60,512 bases of DNA from a virus (taxonomy: Duplodnaviria; Caudoviricetes), in IMG/VR virus record IMGVR_UViG_3300044953_000572, positions 1 through 60,512 of that record. One strand, 5' to 3'. Position numbers and translations under genes: made by a program. Position 1 is the stretch's first letter, and every line of letters begins with the position of its first letter. Below the pieces are notes generated by a model, which was not told the origin of the DNA, searched no databases, and saw nothing but the letters and a program-made list of their open reading frames with translations. Below are positions 27,660 to 37,832 of this stretch, in pieces.

Positions 27660-30092
27660 ATGGGGTTTTTGCATGAGTTCGAACAAGCTATGCGCAATGA
27701 CGGAATATATCCGTCTTGCGCCTTGGAAGCTACTAGGGAAATAAAGCGTATCCAAGCCAAAGGCGATAAATCTTCTACCCGCAATATTGCTTATTGGTTC
27801 GTGGATGAAGGAAATTTGGCGTATGGTTGGTACCAGCATTGGGGTAAAACGGATGGTAAAGGATGGGTTTCTAGAAAATGGAATACGGTGAATTCACAAA
27901 AAAGAAAAGAAATACAGGAAAAATTTGAAGAAGCCAGAAAAGAAGAAAAAATCAAAAGGAAACAACAATATGAAGAATCGGCTATAGAAGCGCAAAAAAT
28001 ATGGAATAACGCCAACCCATACGAGAACCATCCAGCCTTATTAAATAAAGGATTTAGTTTAAACGATTCAGATAAGAGAATAGAAAAGGAATTAATGCGT
28101 CTAAAAATTAAGTCGGATGATAAAAGTGTATTAATACCGGTTTTTGATGAGGCGAATAAATTATGGACTTTGCAGCGATTATTAAGACGAACGGACGAAA
28201 AACCGAACAAGATGTTTTTGAAGGATGGGAAGAGCGGTGGTTGTTTTTACGTTATAGGTGGTAACTTTAATGAGTTGTCAGGACAAGTAGCTATAGCTGA
28301 AGGATTTACCACGGGTTTATCCGTGCACCTAGCTTTAGATATCCCCGTCATCGTCACTTTTTCGGCTGACAATCTGCTAAAAATATGTTCTTCGAAATTT
28401 ATGCTTGAAAAAGGACTACAGTTTATCATTTGTGGTGATGATGACAGGTTTGGAAAAGAAAATAAGGGGAGAGAAAAAGCTACTGAGGCTAGAAATAAGC
28501 TGGGGTGCAAATTAGTATTTCCAGTTTTTAAGAATTTAGAAAAAGAACCCAGTGATTGGAATGATTTACATTTGTTAGAAGGTTTGGAGACCGTTAGAGA
28601 ACAAATATTAAAAGCCATGTCGTCGCTTAACGTGGCTGAAGTTTCGGATATGCCATTAGGACATCTGAGCGAAAAGGAAAAACCCATCTATATCTCCAAA
28701 CTTATTATTTCTAAGATTGATACTTGCTTTAATGAATTATCAACCAAGAAGTCTTATTTGAAATTTAAAAATGAGAAAAGGTTTTATGAATGTGGTTCAA
28801 GCGAGTTTTTCGTAAGAATAGCGGGAGAGTACAGCGCTGTTTTCGGGGAGTCGACCAGTACTAATAAGGAAATTTCTAGATTGGTGGAACATTATTTAAA
28901 GTCTGAGGAAAACGGCGTGATTTGGATTGAAGCTAGCAAGCCAGTTTATTTAAAAGACGAAAAGGTGTTTTTCAAAACTGATTTAAAAGATTATCCCATA
29001 TACGAAATAGATAAGGATGGGTTTAGAGTTAGCGCTGAAAAAGACTACACCGCCTTTAAAAACTTCGTTAACAAAAAAGATAATGAGATTGTTTTCACTT
29101 TATCAAAGGAAAAAGCCACGTTGCCAGAGCTGGAAATGTTTTATACGGTCAAAGGGATGGATTTGATTAAAATATTAGCTTTTTGCATGTCTTCCATATT
29201 TTCCAAGGAAAAATATATATTGGGGATTTTTGGTCCGTTTGGCAGCGGAAAGGATTATGTCCAAACCAGAATACAAGAAACGTTATCGCCATTGGAGTTA
29301 TTTAACAGAATGATGCCAAGCACAAAACGAGATTTAATGGTAGTCTCCAGCCAAACGTTCGTTAATGGGTATAGCAATATTAGTTTTATATCAAAAGAGT
29401 ATCAAGATTATTTTTGCTTATTGGTTAGTGAAACGTCAGATCCAGCGAGGCAATTATTCTCGGATAATACCGTCGTTAATATTAAAGCCCAAACCCCTAT
29501 TGTTTTAAATGGTATTAATAACATCATTGAGCGAGAAGACTTGTTAAGTCGAATGATGATTATCAATCTTGAGCGCATGAGTAGCGACACTAGAATTATT
29601 TGTAAAAGCGGAATATTAAAAGAACTTCAAGGTAAAGCACAACACTTCATATTTAGTATGATTTCCTGGTTTTTAGTAAATATTGATGAAATAAATAAAG
29701 AAATGGCGTTAAAAAATAGAACCGAAAAATTGGCGTTATGGATGTATTATTGTTCAAGATACGCTGAGATGGATTTTACGATTAAAGATTTTCACGAAGA
29801 CCAAGAAAAAGAATTTATAGATAATATTATGTCAAACCCAATATTCATGGCTATAGAAAATTACTTTACGAAAAGTAACAAAACTACGCTTAGAGGTAGC
29901 GTTACGGAAGTGTGGGAAAGCGTAAAGAATTGGACTGACGTTGGTTACTTGAAAAATATGCTTCCACATCATTTTATGCGAGAAGTTAATAGGATAGATT
30001 TCAGTAAAACCCATATTAATTTTATTTCATCTGGGAAAAAATGGGTTAACGGCAGATGTCAAAATCAAATATGCTTTGAGGTTTCAGAATGA
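27660..30092 (+). CDS. Primase (TOPRIM)-helicase fusion
   Basis: IAEGFTTG, ICGDDD, SDWNDLH TOPRIM motifs; C-terminal P-loop GPFGSGKD, DLLSRM. Confidence 0.85.
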   Translation: MGFLHEFEQAMRNDGIYPSCALEATREIKRIQAKGDKSSTRNIAYWFVDEGNLAYGWYQHWGKTDGKGWVSRKWNTVNSQKRKEIQEKFEEARKEEKIKRKQQYEESAIEAQKIWNNANPYENHPALLNKGFSLNDSDKRIEKELMRLKIKSDDKSVLIPVFDEANKLWTLQRLLRRTDEKPNKMFLKDGKSGGCFYVIGGNFNELSGQVAIAEGFTTGLSVHLALDIPVIVTFSADNLLKICSSKFMLEKGLQFIICGDDDRFGKENKGREKATEARNKLGCKLVFPVFKNLEKEPSDWNDLHLLEGLETVREQILKAMSSLNVAEVSDMPLGHLSEKEKPIYISKLIISKIDTCFNELSTKKSYLKFKNEKRFYECGSSEFFVRIAGEYSAVFGESTSTNKEISRLVEHYLKSEENGVIWIEASKPVYLKDEKVFFKTDLKDYPIYEIDKDGFRVSAEKDYTAFKNFVNKKDNEIVFTLSKEKATLPELEMFYTVKGMDLIKILAFCMSSIFSKEKYILGIFGPFGSGKDYVQTRIQETLSPLELFNRMMPSTKRDLMVVSSQTFVNGYSNISFISKEYQDYFCLLVSETSDPARQLFSDNTVVNIKAQTPIVLNGINNIIEREDLLSRMMIINLERMSSDTRIICKSGILKELQGKAQHFIFSMISWFLVNIDEINKEMALKNRTEKLALWMYYCSRYAEMDFTIKDFHEDQEKEFIDNIMSNPIFMAIENYFTKSNKTTLRGSVTEVWESVKNWTDVGYLKNMLPHHFMREVNRIDFSKTHINFISSGKKWVNGRCQNQICFEVSE

Positions 30093-31750
30093 TTTTAAGG
30101 GAATACCAAGCCACGGCGGTTAATCGTAGTCTAGACTGTTTAAAAAGACTTAATAACACGTTATTGGTCGCTGCCACGGGTAGTGGCAAGACCATCTGCT
30201 TATCGGCTTTAATATCGGAATTCGTGAATCACAGCCAACGGGCGGTTAAGGTTCTCGTATTGCAGCACCGAAAAGAAATTATCTGGCAAAATATGCAAAA
30301 GTTTAATAGAGTAGATCCTTCCATCCATATTAGCCTTATTAATCAAGAATCAAAAGATAATAGTGGTACGGTCGTGTTCGCCATGATTCAGACCCTGCAT
30401 AGAAACCCTGATTTAATTCAACATTATGATTTAATCGTGATTGACGAAGCACACCATGTTGTCGCTGAAAGTTATTTGCAAATAATAAGAAAAATTAGAG
30501 TAATAAACCCAGAGGCTAAAGTATTCGGGGTAACCGCAACCCCATTAAGAGGCGATGGAAAAAGGCTAGCTGATGTCTTTAACAACGTTAGCTATGCGGT
30601 TGATATGGAAGATTTGATAGCCAGTGGTGTTTTGGTTAAGCCAAAAGCCTATGTCTTAGATATTGGGTTGAGTGAGGAAATAGAAAAAAGAACGAATGGA
30701 AAATATAATTTATCAAATCTTGAGTTTGACACGCTTTCAAGCGAAATTATACAAAATTTCTCCGTTGAACTTCATACCGCTTTTAAATATTGGCAAGAAC
30801 TGGCGGTTGATAGAAAAACCGTAGTATTCACGCCTACCAATAAAGATTCTATGCTTATTTCACATGTTTTTAACGAGTATGGAATAAAAACCGCCGTAGT
30901 TACCCATGACACGCCAAAAAGAGAACGTGAACGGATATTAAACGACTTTCAACATGGTGATATTCAAGTACTTTTTAATACCTCTATTCTTACAGAAGGA
31001 TGGGATTGCCCAATCGCATCTTGTATCGTGCTGTTTAAAAGTTCCAGCAATAAATCCACTTACATCCAGATGGTCGGACGTGGGCTTAGATCATATCCAG
31101 GCAAGCAAGATTGCGTATTAATAGATTTTGGCGTTTCAACTATGCGCCATGGCTCATTAGAGCAAAACTTTTTTAAAAGCGTTAAAGCAAAAGATTTAAT
31201 TGAAATTGAAGAGACAGCTTATAAAATTTGTCCTGGTTGTAAGTCTAAAATTCCATCCGCCCAGAAGGTTTGCTTTATATGTGGATTTGAATTTGAAGGA
31301 GAAGAAGCTAAGAAAAAATTAATAGAGGAGTTCAAATTAAAAGAAATAGAACTTATTAAGAATATAGAGGAAAAATGTAGCTATAAATTCGTAGATGTGA
31401 ATGAAAATGATAAACATTTTATCGCCGTGGTTGACTTTAAATCTTATATTGGAATATTTAAAAAAAATGATTATTGGTACGTTGTCGGCAATTTAGATAG
31501 TGGATATACCGAAATGTATAGCTCTTCAAAATCTAAAGCTCAATGCTATGAAATCGCTTACAAGAAATTGAGAAGTAGTTCGAACAAAGCTGATATTATG
31601 AAAAAAAATAAGGAATGGCTAAATTATCCGCCTACCGACAAACAATTAGCTTTACTTAAAACGAAAAAAATACCACAAACAAGATACGAAGTTACCTGTC
31701 ATTTGGCGTATCAATTCAATAGAAAATACATCAATAGACTGCTAAATTAA
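30089..31750 (+). CDS. SF2 DEAH-box helicase with Zn ribbon
   Basis: LREYQ, ATGSGKT, DEAHH, TATP, LTEGWD, QMVGRGLR, CPGC...CFIC. Confidence 0.95.
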   Translation: MILREYQATAVNRSLDCLKRLNNTLLVAATGSGKTICLSALISEFVNHSQRAVKVLVLQHRKEIIWQNMQKFNRVDPSIHISLINQESKDNSGTVVFAMIQTLHRNPDLIQHYDLIVIDEAHHVVAESYLQIIRKIRVINPEAKVFGVTATPLRGDGKRLADVFNNVSYAVDMEDLIASGVLVKPKAYVLDIGLSEEIEKRTNGKYNLSNLEFDTLSSEIIQNFSVELHTAFKYWQELAVDRKTVVFTPTNKDSMLISHVFNEYGIKTAVVTHDTPKRERERILNDFQHGDIQVLFNTSILTEGWDCPIASCIVLFKSSSNKSTYIQMVGRGLRSYPGKQDCVLIDFGVSTMRHGSLEQNFFKSVKAKDLIEIEETAYKICPGCKSKIPSAQKVCFICGFEFEGEEAKKKLIEEFKLKEIELIKNIEEKCSYKFVDVNENDKHFIAVVDFKSYIGIFKKNDYWYVVGNLDSGYTEMYSSSKSKAQCYEIAYKKLRSSSNKADIMKKNKEWLNYPPTDKQLALLKTKKIPQTRYEVTCHLAYQFNRKYINRLLN

Positions 31751-32172
31751 CCCGCCACCAACAGCATAGTTAGTCTGCTTTAGGGTGGCGGGTGGCGCAA
31801 AAAAATGGGCTCGCCAATGCTCCGCCACTCGCCACTGAAACATGCGGTGGCGTATCGTTTAAAACCCAACGAGAAAAACATTAAAATTTCACTAATCCTT
31901 GAAAATACCAGGTTTTTTGTATTTTTGATGTGATCCGCTGATCCGCTAATGATCCGCTAATGATCCGCTGAAAAATTTTTAAAAACATAAGAAAAAAACA
32001 GGTTTTTCTTCTATTTGATCCGCTGATCTTCTAATTTTTTTAATTATATATATTTATATATGGTGGCGGAGTGGCGAGGTGGCGTAAATCCGCCACTCTG
32101 CCACGGCGCCACTCGAAATATACATATAAGCTATAGGGCGATTTTTAGCGGAATTAGCGGATCAGCGGATCA
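31751..32172. repeat. Iteron-rich candidate phage replication origin (origin 2)
   Basis: TGATCCGC repeats at 31931, 31939, 31950, 31961, 32016 and inverted copies at about 32145-32172; CGCCAC/GTGGCG repeats in both orientations; AT-rich core at about 32030-32061. Confidence 0.7.
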
Positions 32173-32218
32173 AAAAATTTTCTTGGTATCCAGATCGACG
32201 TTTTATATAATTTGCGAT

Positions 32219-32401
32219 ATGAGACTGAATGAGCGTTCATTTGAAAGTTTTTTAAATACGATTAACGAAGAAGAGCGATGCGTTCGTTATGCCGTAAAAT
32301 TCGGCAACAACTGCGAGTGGTGTGGTAGAATTAGAAGAAGCAAGAAGTGCGAGTGTGAGATGAATAGAGAGGCGAGAATGGTGGCGAGGGGATTTAAATG
32401 A
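32219..32401 (+). CDS. Small Cys-rich hypothetical protein
   Basis: ATG at 32219; CEWC...CEC. Confidence 0.45.
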   Translation: MRLNERSFESFLNTINEEERCVRYAVKFGNNCEWCGRIRRSKKCECEMNREARMVARGFK

Positions 32402-32589
32402 ACATAAGTTTTTTTGATTCCGTTATTTTCGGGGCTGGCTTCGCTATTGGAAGCGTCATAGGATCAATTCCAATTGCCATATTGTTTGTTGGGTTGGGGT
32501 TTAAAAGTGATGCGGAGAAAAAACGTATAGCTTTAGAGAGTATAGCGGAAAATGTCGAGATTCTTATGAGAAGAGGAAGTGGGCGATGA
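32398..32589 (+). CDS. Small membrane protein
   Basis: Gly-rich TM, ATGA coupling. Confidence 0.55.
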   Translation: MNISFFDSVIFGAGFAIGSVIGSIPIAILFVGLGFKSDAEKKRIALESIAENVEILMRRGSGR

Positions 32590-32849
32590 ATAACGAAAGC
32601 AATGTTGTTGGTTTAAATAGAAACCAGACTGAAAAACCCATGGATTGGCTAGCGGAATTTTTGATAAGAGCGGAAAGCGAAAGAGACTTTGTTCCGTTTT
32701 CTAATATTGAAATTTTGAGATTAAAAAACTTTTGTATGCAGGTAGTAGAAGTTTGTGGTGGCCTGTTAGAAAGACGTATTGTGAATGCGGAACATTTTGA
32801 AGATAATAAATATTATCTAAGGCGTAAGAATGATTGCGAGAGGGTTTAA
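32586..32849 (+). CDS. Hypothetical protein
   Basis: ATGA coupling. Confidence 0.55.
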   Translation: MNNESNVVGLNRNQTEKPMDWLAEFLIRAESERDFVPFSNIEILRLKNFCMQVVEVCGGLLERRIVNAEHFEDNKYYLRRKNDCERV

Positions 32850-32850
32850 T

Positions 32851-33126
32851 ATGAATGACAAAGTAATTAAAAACACAGCGCCATTAGGAAGAGCTTTTAT
32901 AAAGGTTATTGCGTCTCTTTCAGATGCTGAGCTTGTGGCAAACGGAAAAATTTCTGTAAGTATCGGAAGTCTGGGAAAAGCGCTTGGTTTGTCTAAAATC
33001 TTTGATATAGGATTAACGGCTGAGGAAAAAGAGGCTTGGGAGAACCTTCTAAGAGAGGTTTCCTGGGATTGTTCTGTTGAAGATATTGAGGAACTTAGAA
33101 ATGCATTTCTTGTTAAATCTGAATGA
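32851..33126 (+). CDS. Hypothetical protein
   Basis: GAGG RBS, ATG at 32851. Confidence 0.55.
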   Translation: MNDKVIKNTAPLGRAFIKVIASLSDAELVANGKISVSIGSLGKALGLSKIFDIGLTAEEKEAWENLLREVSWDCSVEDIEELRNAFLVKSE

Positions 33127-33295
33127 AAACGAATCAGAAGCATTACTTTTTATGTGTAAATCTTTTTATGACGCTAGAGAATTTAACGATATTTTTTGTC
33201 GGAACGAGAATAACAAGGAACTTCTTGATAGAATTGATACTCTTTGTTTGAAGATTCTTACATTGGCTGGTTTGGAAGATTGCGTAGAGCATTAA
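33101..33295 (+). CDS. Hypothetical protein
   Basis: GAGG RBS, ATG at 33101. Confidence 0.45.
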   Translation: MHFLLNLNENESEALLFMCKSFYDAREFNDIFCRNENNKELLDRIDTLCLKILTLAGLEDCVEH

Positions 33296-33497
33296 AGATA
33301 AGGTGAGTGGGTAGATAAATGTTACATAAAATAGTTTCGCTTGCGATTCCTTTAGTGTTTTCCATTTTTTTTATTGCGTGTATAAGAAGAGTTATTTGTA
33401 AAAAGTGGTTTATTGATTTTGAAAGTGATTTTGTTTATTGTTTGTTAGGGATTTTGGTTTCGAAATATTTTTAAAAAACGAAGTGCGGAGAGTGCGA

Positions 33498-33710
33498 ATG
33501 AGTGGAAAGTTGGTAGAATATAGAACAGTAATAGTTGAGCATATTGTTGATTTGGATAGAGAAGTAAAATATTTCGTTAGGCATGGATTTGAACTGCATG
33601 GTGGGCCTTTTAGTTATGACAATGCTGTAGTTCAAGCTATGGTTAAATACGAAGACGTCGAAATTAAAGACCAAATTACTACTGAAAGCAGGAATGAATA
33701 TGAGAGTTAA
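33498..33710 (+). CDS. DUF1737-like protein
   Basis: EYRTV...GFELHGGP...VVQAMVK. Confidence 0.65.
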   Translation: MSGKLVEYRTVIVEHIVDLDREVKYFVRHGFELHGGPFSYDNAVVQAMVKYEDVEIKDQITTESRNEYES

Positions 33711-34056
33711 GTTTAGGTTATGGGACAAAATCGGTGGATTTTGGGTTTATGATTATGCGGTAGATTCCGAAGGGCTTTTGATTCATATTAGTGGTATAAC
33801 GAAATATTATTTTCCGCAGGATAGATGTGCGTTAATGCAATTCACAGGCCTATGTGACAAAAACAATAAAGAGATATACGAAGGCGACCTTATCAAACAT
33901 GAAAACGTTTCCGAGTCGCTAGAAGTCTATTGGTGTGAGGCTACGGGACAGTGGAAGCTGTGCAAAGGAGAACATCGGCATTATTATGGATGCTTGTATT
34001 CGTATCCTAATAATCTTTTGGAAGTGGTGGGGAATGTTTATGAGTCAGTCTCGTAA
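33694..34056 (+). CDS. YopX family protein
   Basis: KFRLWD, MQFTGLCDKNNKEIYEGDLI, EVVGNVYE. Confidence 0.9.
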   Translation: MNMRVKFRLWDKIGGFWVYDYAVDSEGLLIHISGITKYYFPQDRCALMQFTGLCDKNNKEIYEGDLIKHENVSESLEVYWCEATGQWKLCKGEHRHYYGCLYSYPNNLLEVVGNVYESVS

Positions 34057-34309
34057 AGCCTGCTTGGAAAATCTAGTAGGAACGAAATTTGGCAGGCTCA
34101 CCGTTACTGCTTTTGAGTGTGTTGCTAACAGTCAAATTATAGCGATGTGTAATTGCGATTGTGGTACGCCAAGAAAAGTTAACCTGATAAGCCTCAGAAG
34201 CGGAAACACGCAATCATGTGGATGTTTGGCGAAAGAGCTCCGAGCTTTGAACAGGAAAAAAATTTGTCGGTTTTTTAAGAGGAACAAAGGCAATGAAACA
34301 GAAAGATAA
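34040..34309 (+). CDS. Phage Zn-binding protein (N-terminal domain seen with HNH/AP2 proteins)
   Basis: LVGTKFGRLTV, CNCDCG, LRSGNTQSCGC. Confidence 0.7.
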   Translation: MSQSRKACLENLVGTKFGRLTVTAFECVANSQIIAMCNCDCGTPRKVNLISLRSGNTQSCGCLAKELRALNRKKICRFFKRNKGNETER

Positions 34310-34383
34310 CACCGTAAAGTCTCATCAACTGCTTTTTATTATTTCAGCTATAATAGTTTGTTTTTTAGTTATGGTTTATTTTT

Positions 34384-34761
34384 GTGAGATATAACTTCAA
34401 AACAAAGCGCAACAGCCCGGAATCAGATATCCAAGCCAGGTTTTTCGCTTGGCTGTTGAAGAATTATCCCGAGCTTCGACTCAATTGCTTCGCAATCGCT
34501 AACGGCGGTTCCCGTCATATACTAGAAGCTATTAATCTAAAGAAAACGGGGTTGACACCTGGAGTGCCTGACGTTTTTTGTTCTATTTCTCGTGGCTCTT
34601 GGCATGGTCTGTTCATAGAATTCAAAGCGGGTAGGAATAAACTGACTGACGCACAAAAGATGATGTTCGATAAATTCTCAAGCGCTGGGTATAAATGTGA
34701 GGTCTGCTATTCGTTCGAGGATGCGGTAAAGGTTTTTAAAAATTATGTGGGAGAAAATTAA
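34384..34761 (+). CDS. VRR-NUC domain nuclease
   Basis: ESDIQ, AIANGG, GVPDV, FIEFKA, LTDAQ. Confidence 0.9.
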   Translation: MRYNFKTKRNSPESDIQARFFAWLLKNYPELRLNCFAIANGGSRHILEAINLKKTGLTPGVPDVFCSISRGSWHGLFIEFKAGRNKLTDAQKMMFDKFSSAGYKCEVCYSFEDAVKVFKNYVGEN

Positions 34762-34762
34762 T

Positions 34763-35128
34763 ATGTTAGACGTTTCCTTTCGAAAATTATACCAAATCGC
34801 TAAAGTTGAAGGTGTGGGAAGGAATAAAACTACTCAATACAGAATTCAGGAAAACCAAAACTTTACCTATGAGGAATGTTTTTCAGAAGAATGGCTAGTT
34901 GAGCCTTCATGGGTTTTCGCTATAGAAGAAGTCTTTAATAATGAGTATGACGCTATTAAAAAAGCTTTATCGCTTTATGATAAGCGTATTCAAGAGAAGC
35001 TAGACGAATATAAAAAGATAAGAAATTCAACCGTCGTCGCCATTCTTGATTGGGATGATTTGTCTGATTTCGTTCATTCGGCGATAGACGCTATGGGTGG
35101 TAAGTGGCCAAAACCGCCTTTGAAATAG
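34763..35128 (+). CDS. Hypothetical protein
   Basis: GGAG RBS, ATG at 34763. Confidence 0.55.
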   Translation: MLDVSFRKLYQIAKVEGVGRNKTTQYRIQENQNFTYEECFSEEWLVEPSWVFAIEEVFNNEYDAIKKALSLYDKRIQEKLDEYKKIRNSTVVAILDWDDLSDFVHSAIDAMGGKWPKPPLK

Positions 35129-35137
35129 GAGTGTATT

Positions 35138-35416
35138 ATGAACCAAAATAAGCAAAAAGCGATTACTTTTCTAAAAGAGCTGGATTCCGAGGTTGAGCAA
35201 TTTTTTAACGATTCTGAGACCATTATCTTTTTAGCGGAACGCCTTTATAAGATGCTTAATGAATGGATAGAGCAAAACCCTGATATTTCTCGCTCTGAAG
35301 GGTTTAAAGGATTGGAGAAGGATATTAGGGCTTTATATCAAACCTGCAATTTCTTGGTAAAAGATTGTCTTGATATCAGACATTCCATTTCAGATTGCGG
35401 CGTAGAACTTAATTGA
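35138..35416 (+). CDS. Hypothetical protein
   Basis: AGGAG RBS. Confidence 0.55.
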   Translation: MNQNKQKAITFLKELDSEVEQFFNDSETIIFLAERLYKMLNEWIEQNPDISRSEGFKGLEKDIRALYQTCNFLVKDCLDIRHSISDCGVELN

Positions 35417-35444
35417 TGCCTTCTGACTGACTTTATATACCCCT

Positions 35445-35933
35445 ATGAGAGACAAAGAATTAAATAAATCTAAAAAAGCCAACAAAACCTCATTTAAGGC
35501 AGGGACTGCCCCAAACCCAAATGGTAACGGCGGCCAAAGGTCTAATGAGCCTGGCAGAAATCCATCTGGCAAAGGCGGTCAGCAACCTGGTGAGCCTAGT
35601 CGTAACTCCAAAAAAATAGAATATGACATTGAATTGAAGAAATTATGCAAAAAAAGAACCTTGAAATGGTTTAAATTGATGGATTTATTCATAACCAAAG
35701 GCGAGGACGAGAAAGGTGAGAAAATAACCAATGGCAGAGCGTCTCTTTTAATGAAAGGACTAGAAATTGGCAATGGGTATGTGAAACAGCATGATAAAGA
35801 GGATGGGGACACCAATTATAGGGAAATTGCCAACAATATGTCCGCGCAGCTGTATGAGGTTATGAAAGAAAATCAAGTTTTAAAAGAGGAAATCGAGGCG
35901 CTAAAATCGGGGCAGATGAGTGCTGAAAAATAA
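35445..35933 (+). CDS. Putative terminase small subunit
   Basis: FKAGTAPNPNG/GRNPSG motifs; directly upstream of and overlapping terL. Confidence 0.6.
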   Translation: MRDKELNKSKKANKTSFKAGTAPNPNGNGGQRSNEPGRNPSGKGGQQPGEPSRNSKKIEYDIELKKLCKKRTLKWFKLMDLFITKGEDEKGEKITNGRASLLMKGLEIGNGYVKQHDKEDGDTNYREIANNMSAQLYEVMKENQVLKEEIEALKSGQMSAEK

Positions 35934-37518
35934 GCGATTTTATAATATAGAAGAATTAGAGGCGTTTATTGAAGAGAACAAAAAAGAAAGAGAATTAACG
36001 CAGTCATTCCACGCCTTTGTTAAAGCTTGCTGGCATGTTATTGAAGGCAATAAGCCGTTTATCGATTCTTGGCATATTGGCGCTATCTGCGAGCATTTGG
36101 AAGCTTTGCATCGCTTGGAAATCAGAAAATTGATAATTAACGTTCCACCGAGGTCGTCCAAGAGCACGATATCAACCATTATGTGGCCCGTATGGACGTG
36201 GTTGCATGACCCCTCACTGCAATACTTTTGTCTTTCCCACAGCGATGATTTAGCGACTAGGCATGGAGTATTATCAAGAGATATTATTACCAGTCCTTGG
36301 TTTAAGTCTCGTTGGGGCGATTTATTTACGATTAAGCAAGACCAGAATAACAAGCATATGTACGTCAATAATAAAACAGGGTTCAGAGAGTCCTGCGGCA
36401 TATTAGCCAAAATCACTGGAAAAGGTGCCACGAGAGTGATAATTGACGATAGTAATGACGCTGAGGAATTTGAAAGCGTATCCATCAAGGTCAACGAGAA
36501 ATATAGTGGTGGGTTATCCACCCGCGTTAATAATCCAAATACTTCCACTTGGCTTTTAATTCAACAACGAACTCGTGAAAAAGATTTAACGGGGCATATT
36601 TTAGCGAATGAGAGTGATTGGGTTCACTTGTATTTGCCTATGGAATTTGAAGAAAAAAGGCGATGCGTCACGATTCCGCTGCCATCTGCGAACGGCAAGC
36701 CTTGGCGAGACCCACGCAAAAAAGAAGGTGAACTGTTGTGGCCCGATTTCTTTCCTGAAAAAGAAGTGGAGCAGCGAAAGAGATTGCTAGGGTCTTATCG
36801 TTATGCGGGTCAGTATCAACAACGACCCGCTCCATTGGAAGGCGGTCTCATCAAAAGAAAGCATTTCAATTTATGGAAGCATCCGCACTTTCCCAAATTC
36901 AAGCATGTCATCCAATCCTGGGATTTGGCTTTATCCGAGCAAGATTCATCCTGCTATTCAGCTTGCACTACTTGGGGTTTATATGAGGACAAAAATAAGT
37001 TCAGGAATCTAATGTTAATATCCGCTTGGCGCGGAAAAGTCGAATACGCTCACTTAAGAAGGGTGATTAAACGGCTTTACAATGACTATTTAGCTAAAAT
37101 CGATATAGACAACATTGAACGAGAACATACGCCATTTAGCGCTCCCGTTTCCGCTCATAGACGCATCCCTGACGTAGTTTTGATTGAGAATAAGGTCAGC
37201 GGAATTATCGCCATACAAGACTTAAGAAGAGCGGGCGTAAACGCTTTTAAGTTCAATCCCAACAAATACGGCAAGAAAGTCGAAAGACTTAAGATGGTCA
37301 GTCATTTGATTGAGGCGGGACATTTAACCTTGCAAGCTAAAGGTCCTGACTATGAAGATGTGAAGCCAGAATTCCAGGACTTTTTAAGCGAGTGTCTAGT
37401 GTTCCCTAATGGTGAGTATGACGATTACGTAGACACCATGACGCAAGTTTTGATTCGACTGTTCGAGGGTGGCTATTTGCAAAACGCTTTGGATGACACT
37501 TACGAAAAAGACGAATGA
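35920..37518 (+). CDS. terL: Terminase large subunit
   Basis: LIINVPPRSSKS, IIDD, GQYQQRP, QSWDLA, DDYVDTMTQ. Confidence 0.95.
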   Translation: MLKNKRFYNIEELEAFIEENKKERELTQSFHAFVKACWHVIEGNKPFIDSWHIGAICEHLEALHRLEIRKLIINVPPRSSKSTISTIMWPVWTWLHDPSLQYFCLSHSDDLATRHGVLSRDIITSPWFKSRWGDLFTIKQDQNNKHMYVNNKTGFRESCGILAKITGKGATRVIIDDSNDAEEFESVSIKVNEKYSGGLSTRVNNPNTSTWLLIQQRTREKDLTGHILANESDWVHLYLPMEFEEKRRCVTIPLPSANGKPWRDPRKKEGELLWPDFFPEKEVEQRKRLLGSYRYAGQYQQRPAPLEGGLIKRKHFNLWKHPHFPKFKHVIQSWDLALSEQDSSCYSACTTWGLYEDKNKFRNLMLISAWRGKVEYAHLRRVIKRLYNDYLAKIDIDNIEREHTPFSAPVSAHRRIPDVVLIENKVSGIIAIQDLRRAGVNAFKFNPNKYGKKVERLKMVSHLIEAGHLTLQAKGPDYEDVKPEFQDFLSECLVFPNGEYDDYVDTMTQVLIRLFEGGYLQNALDDTYEKDE

Positions 37519-37583
37519 TTTTATTTCATAAAAAATGAAAAAGATTTTTTTTGTTTTTAAGAAATAATATTTAAAATAGCCTT

Positions 37584-37832
37584 ATGCCTAAAGTAAATAA
37601 TCTTTCCAAGAATCCTATTTTTGAAAAATTAACTAAAGAATATGGTGGGGTGGTTAATCTTGCTTCTTTTCTTGGTGTTAGTGTTTCTTCTGTATCTGGC
37701 TGGTTGAGAGACCCAAAGGCAAAAGTCCCTATAAAACATGCTATAAATATAGAAATTTTAACAAAAGGAGCTGTCAAGGCTAGGAGTCTGCGGTCTGATG
37801 TTATGAAGAACTATGAATTGGTGGCGAGATAA
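37584..37832 (+). CDS. Cro/YdaS-like HTH regulator
   Basis: YGGVVNLASFLGVSVSSVSGW...AINIEILTKGAVKARSLRSD. Confidence 0.85.
   Translation: MPKVNNLSKNPIFEKLTKEYGGVVNLASFLGVSVSSVSGWLRDPKAKVPIKHAINIEILTKGAVKARSLRSDVMKNYELVAR

Noticed and set aside
32060-32218. N-terminal part of the 113-aa ORF
   Set aside because: It overlaps the iteron array; ATG 32219 is more plausible
35940-36548. Long antisense ORFs here and opposite parA, the primase, Sak4 and virB genes
   Set aside because: They are shadows of well-supported genes and have no motifs or RBS
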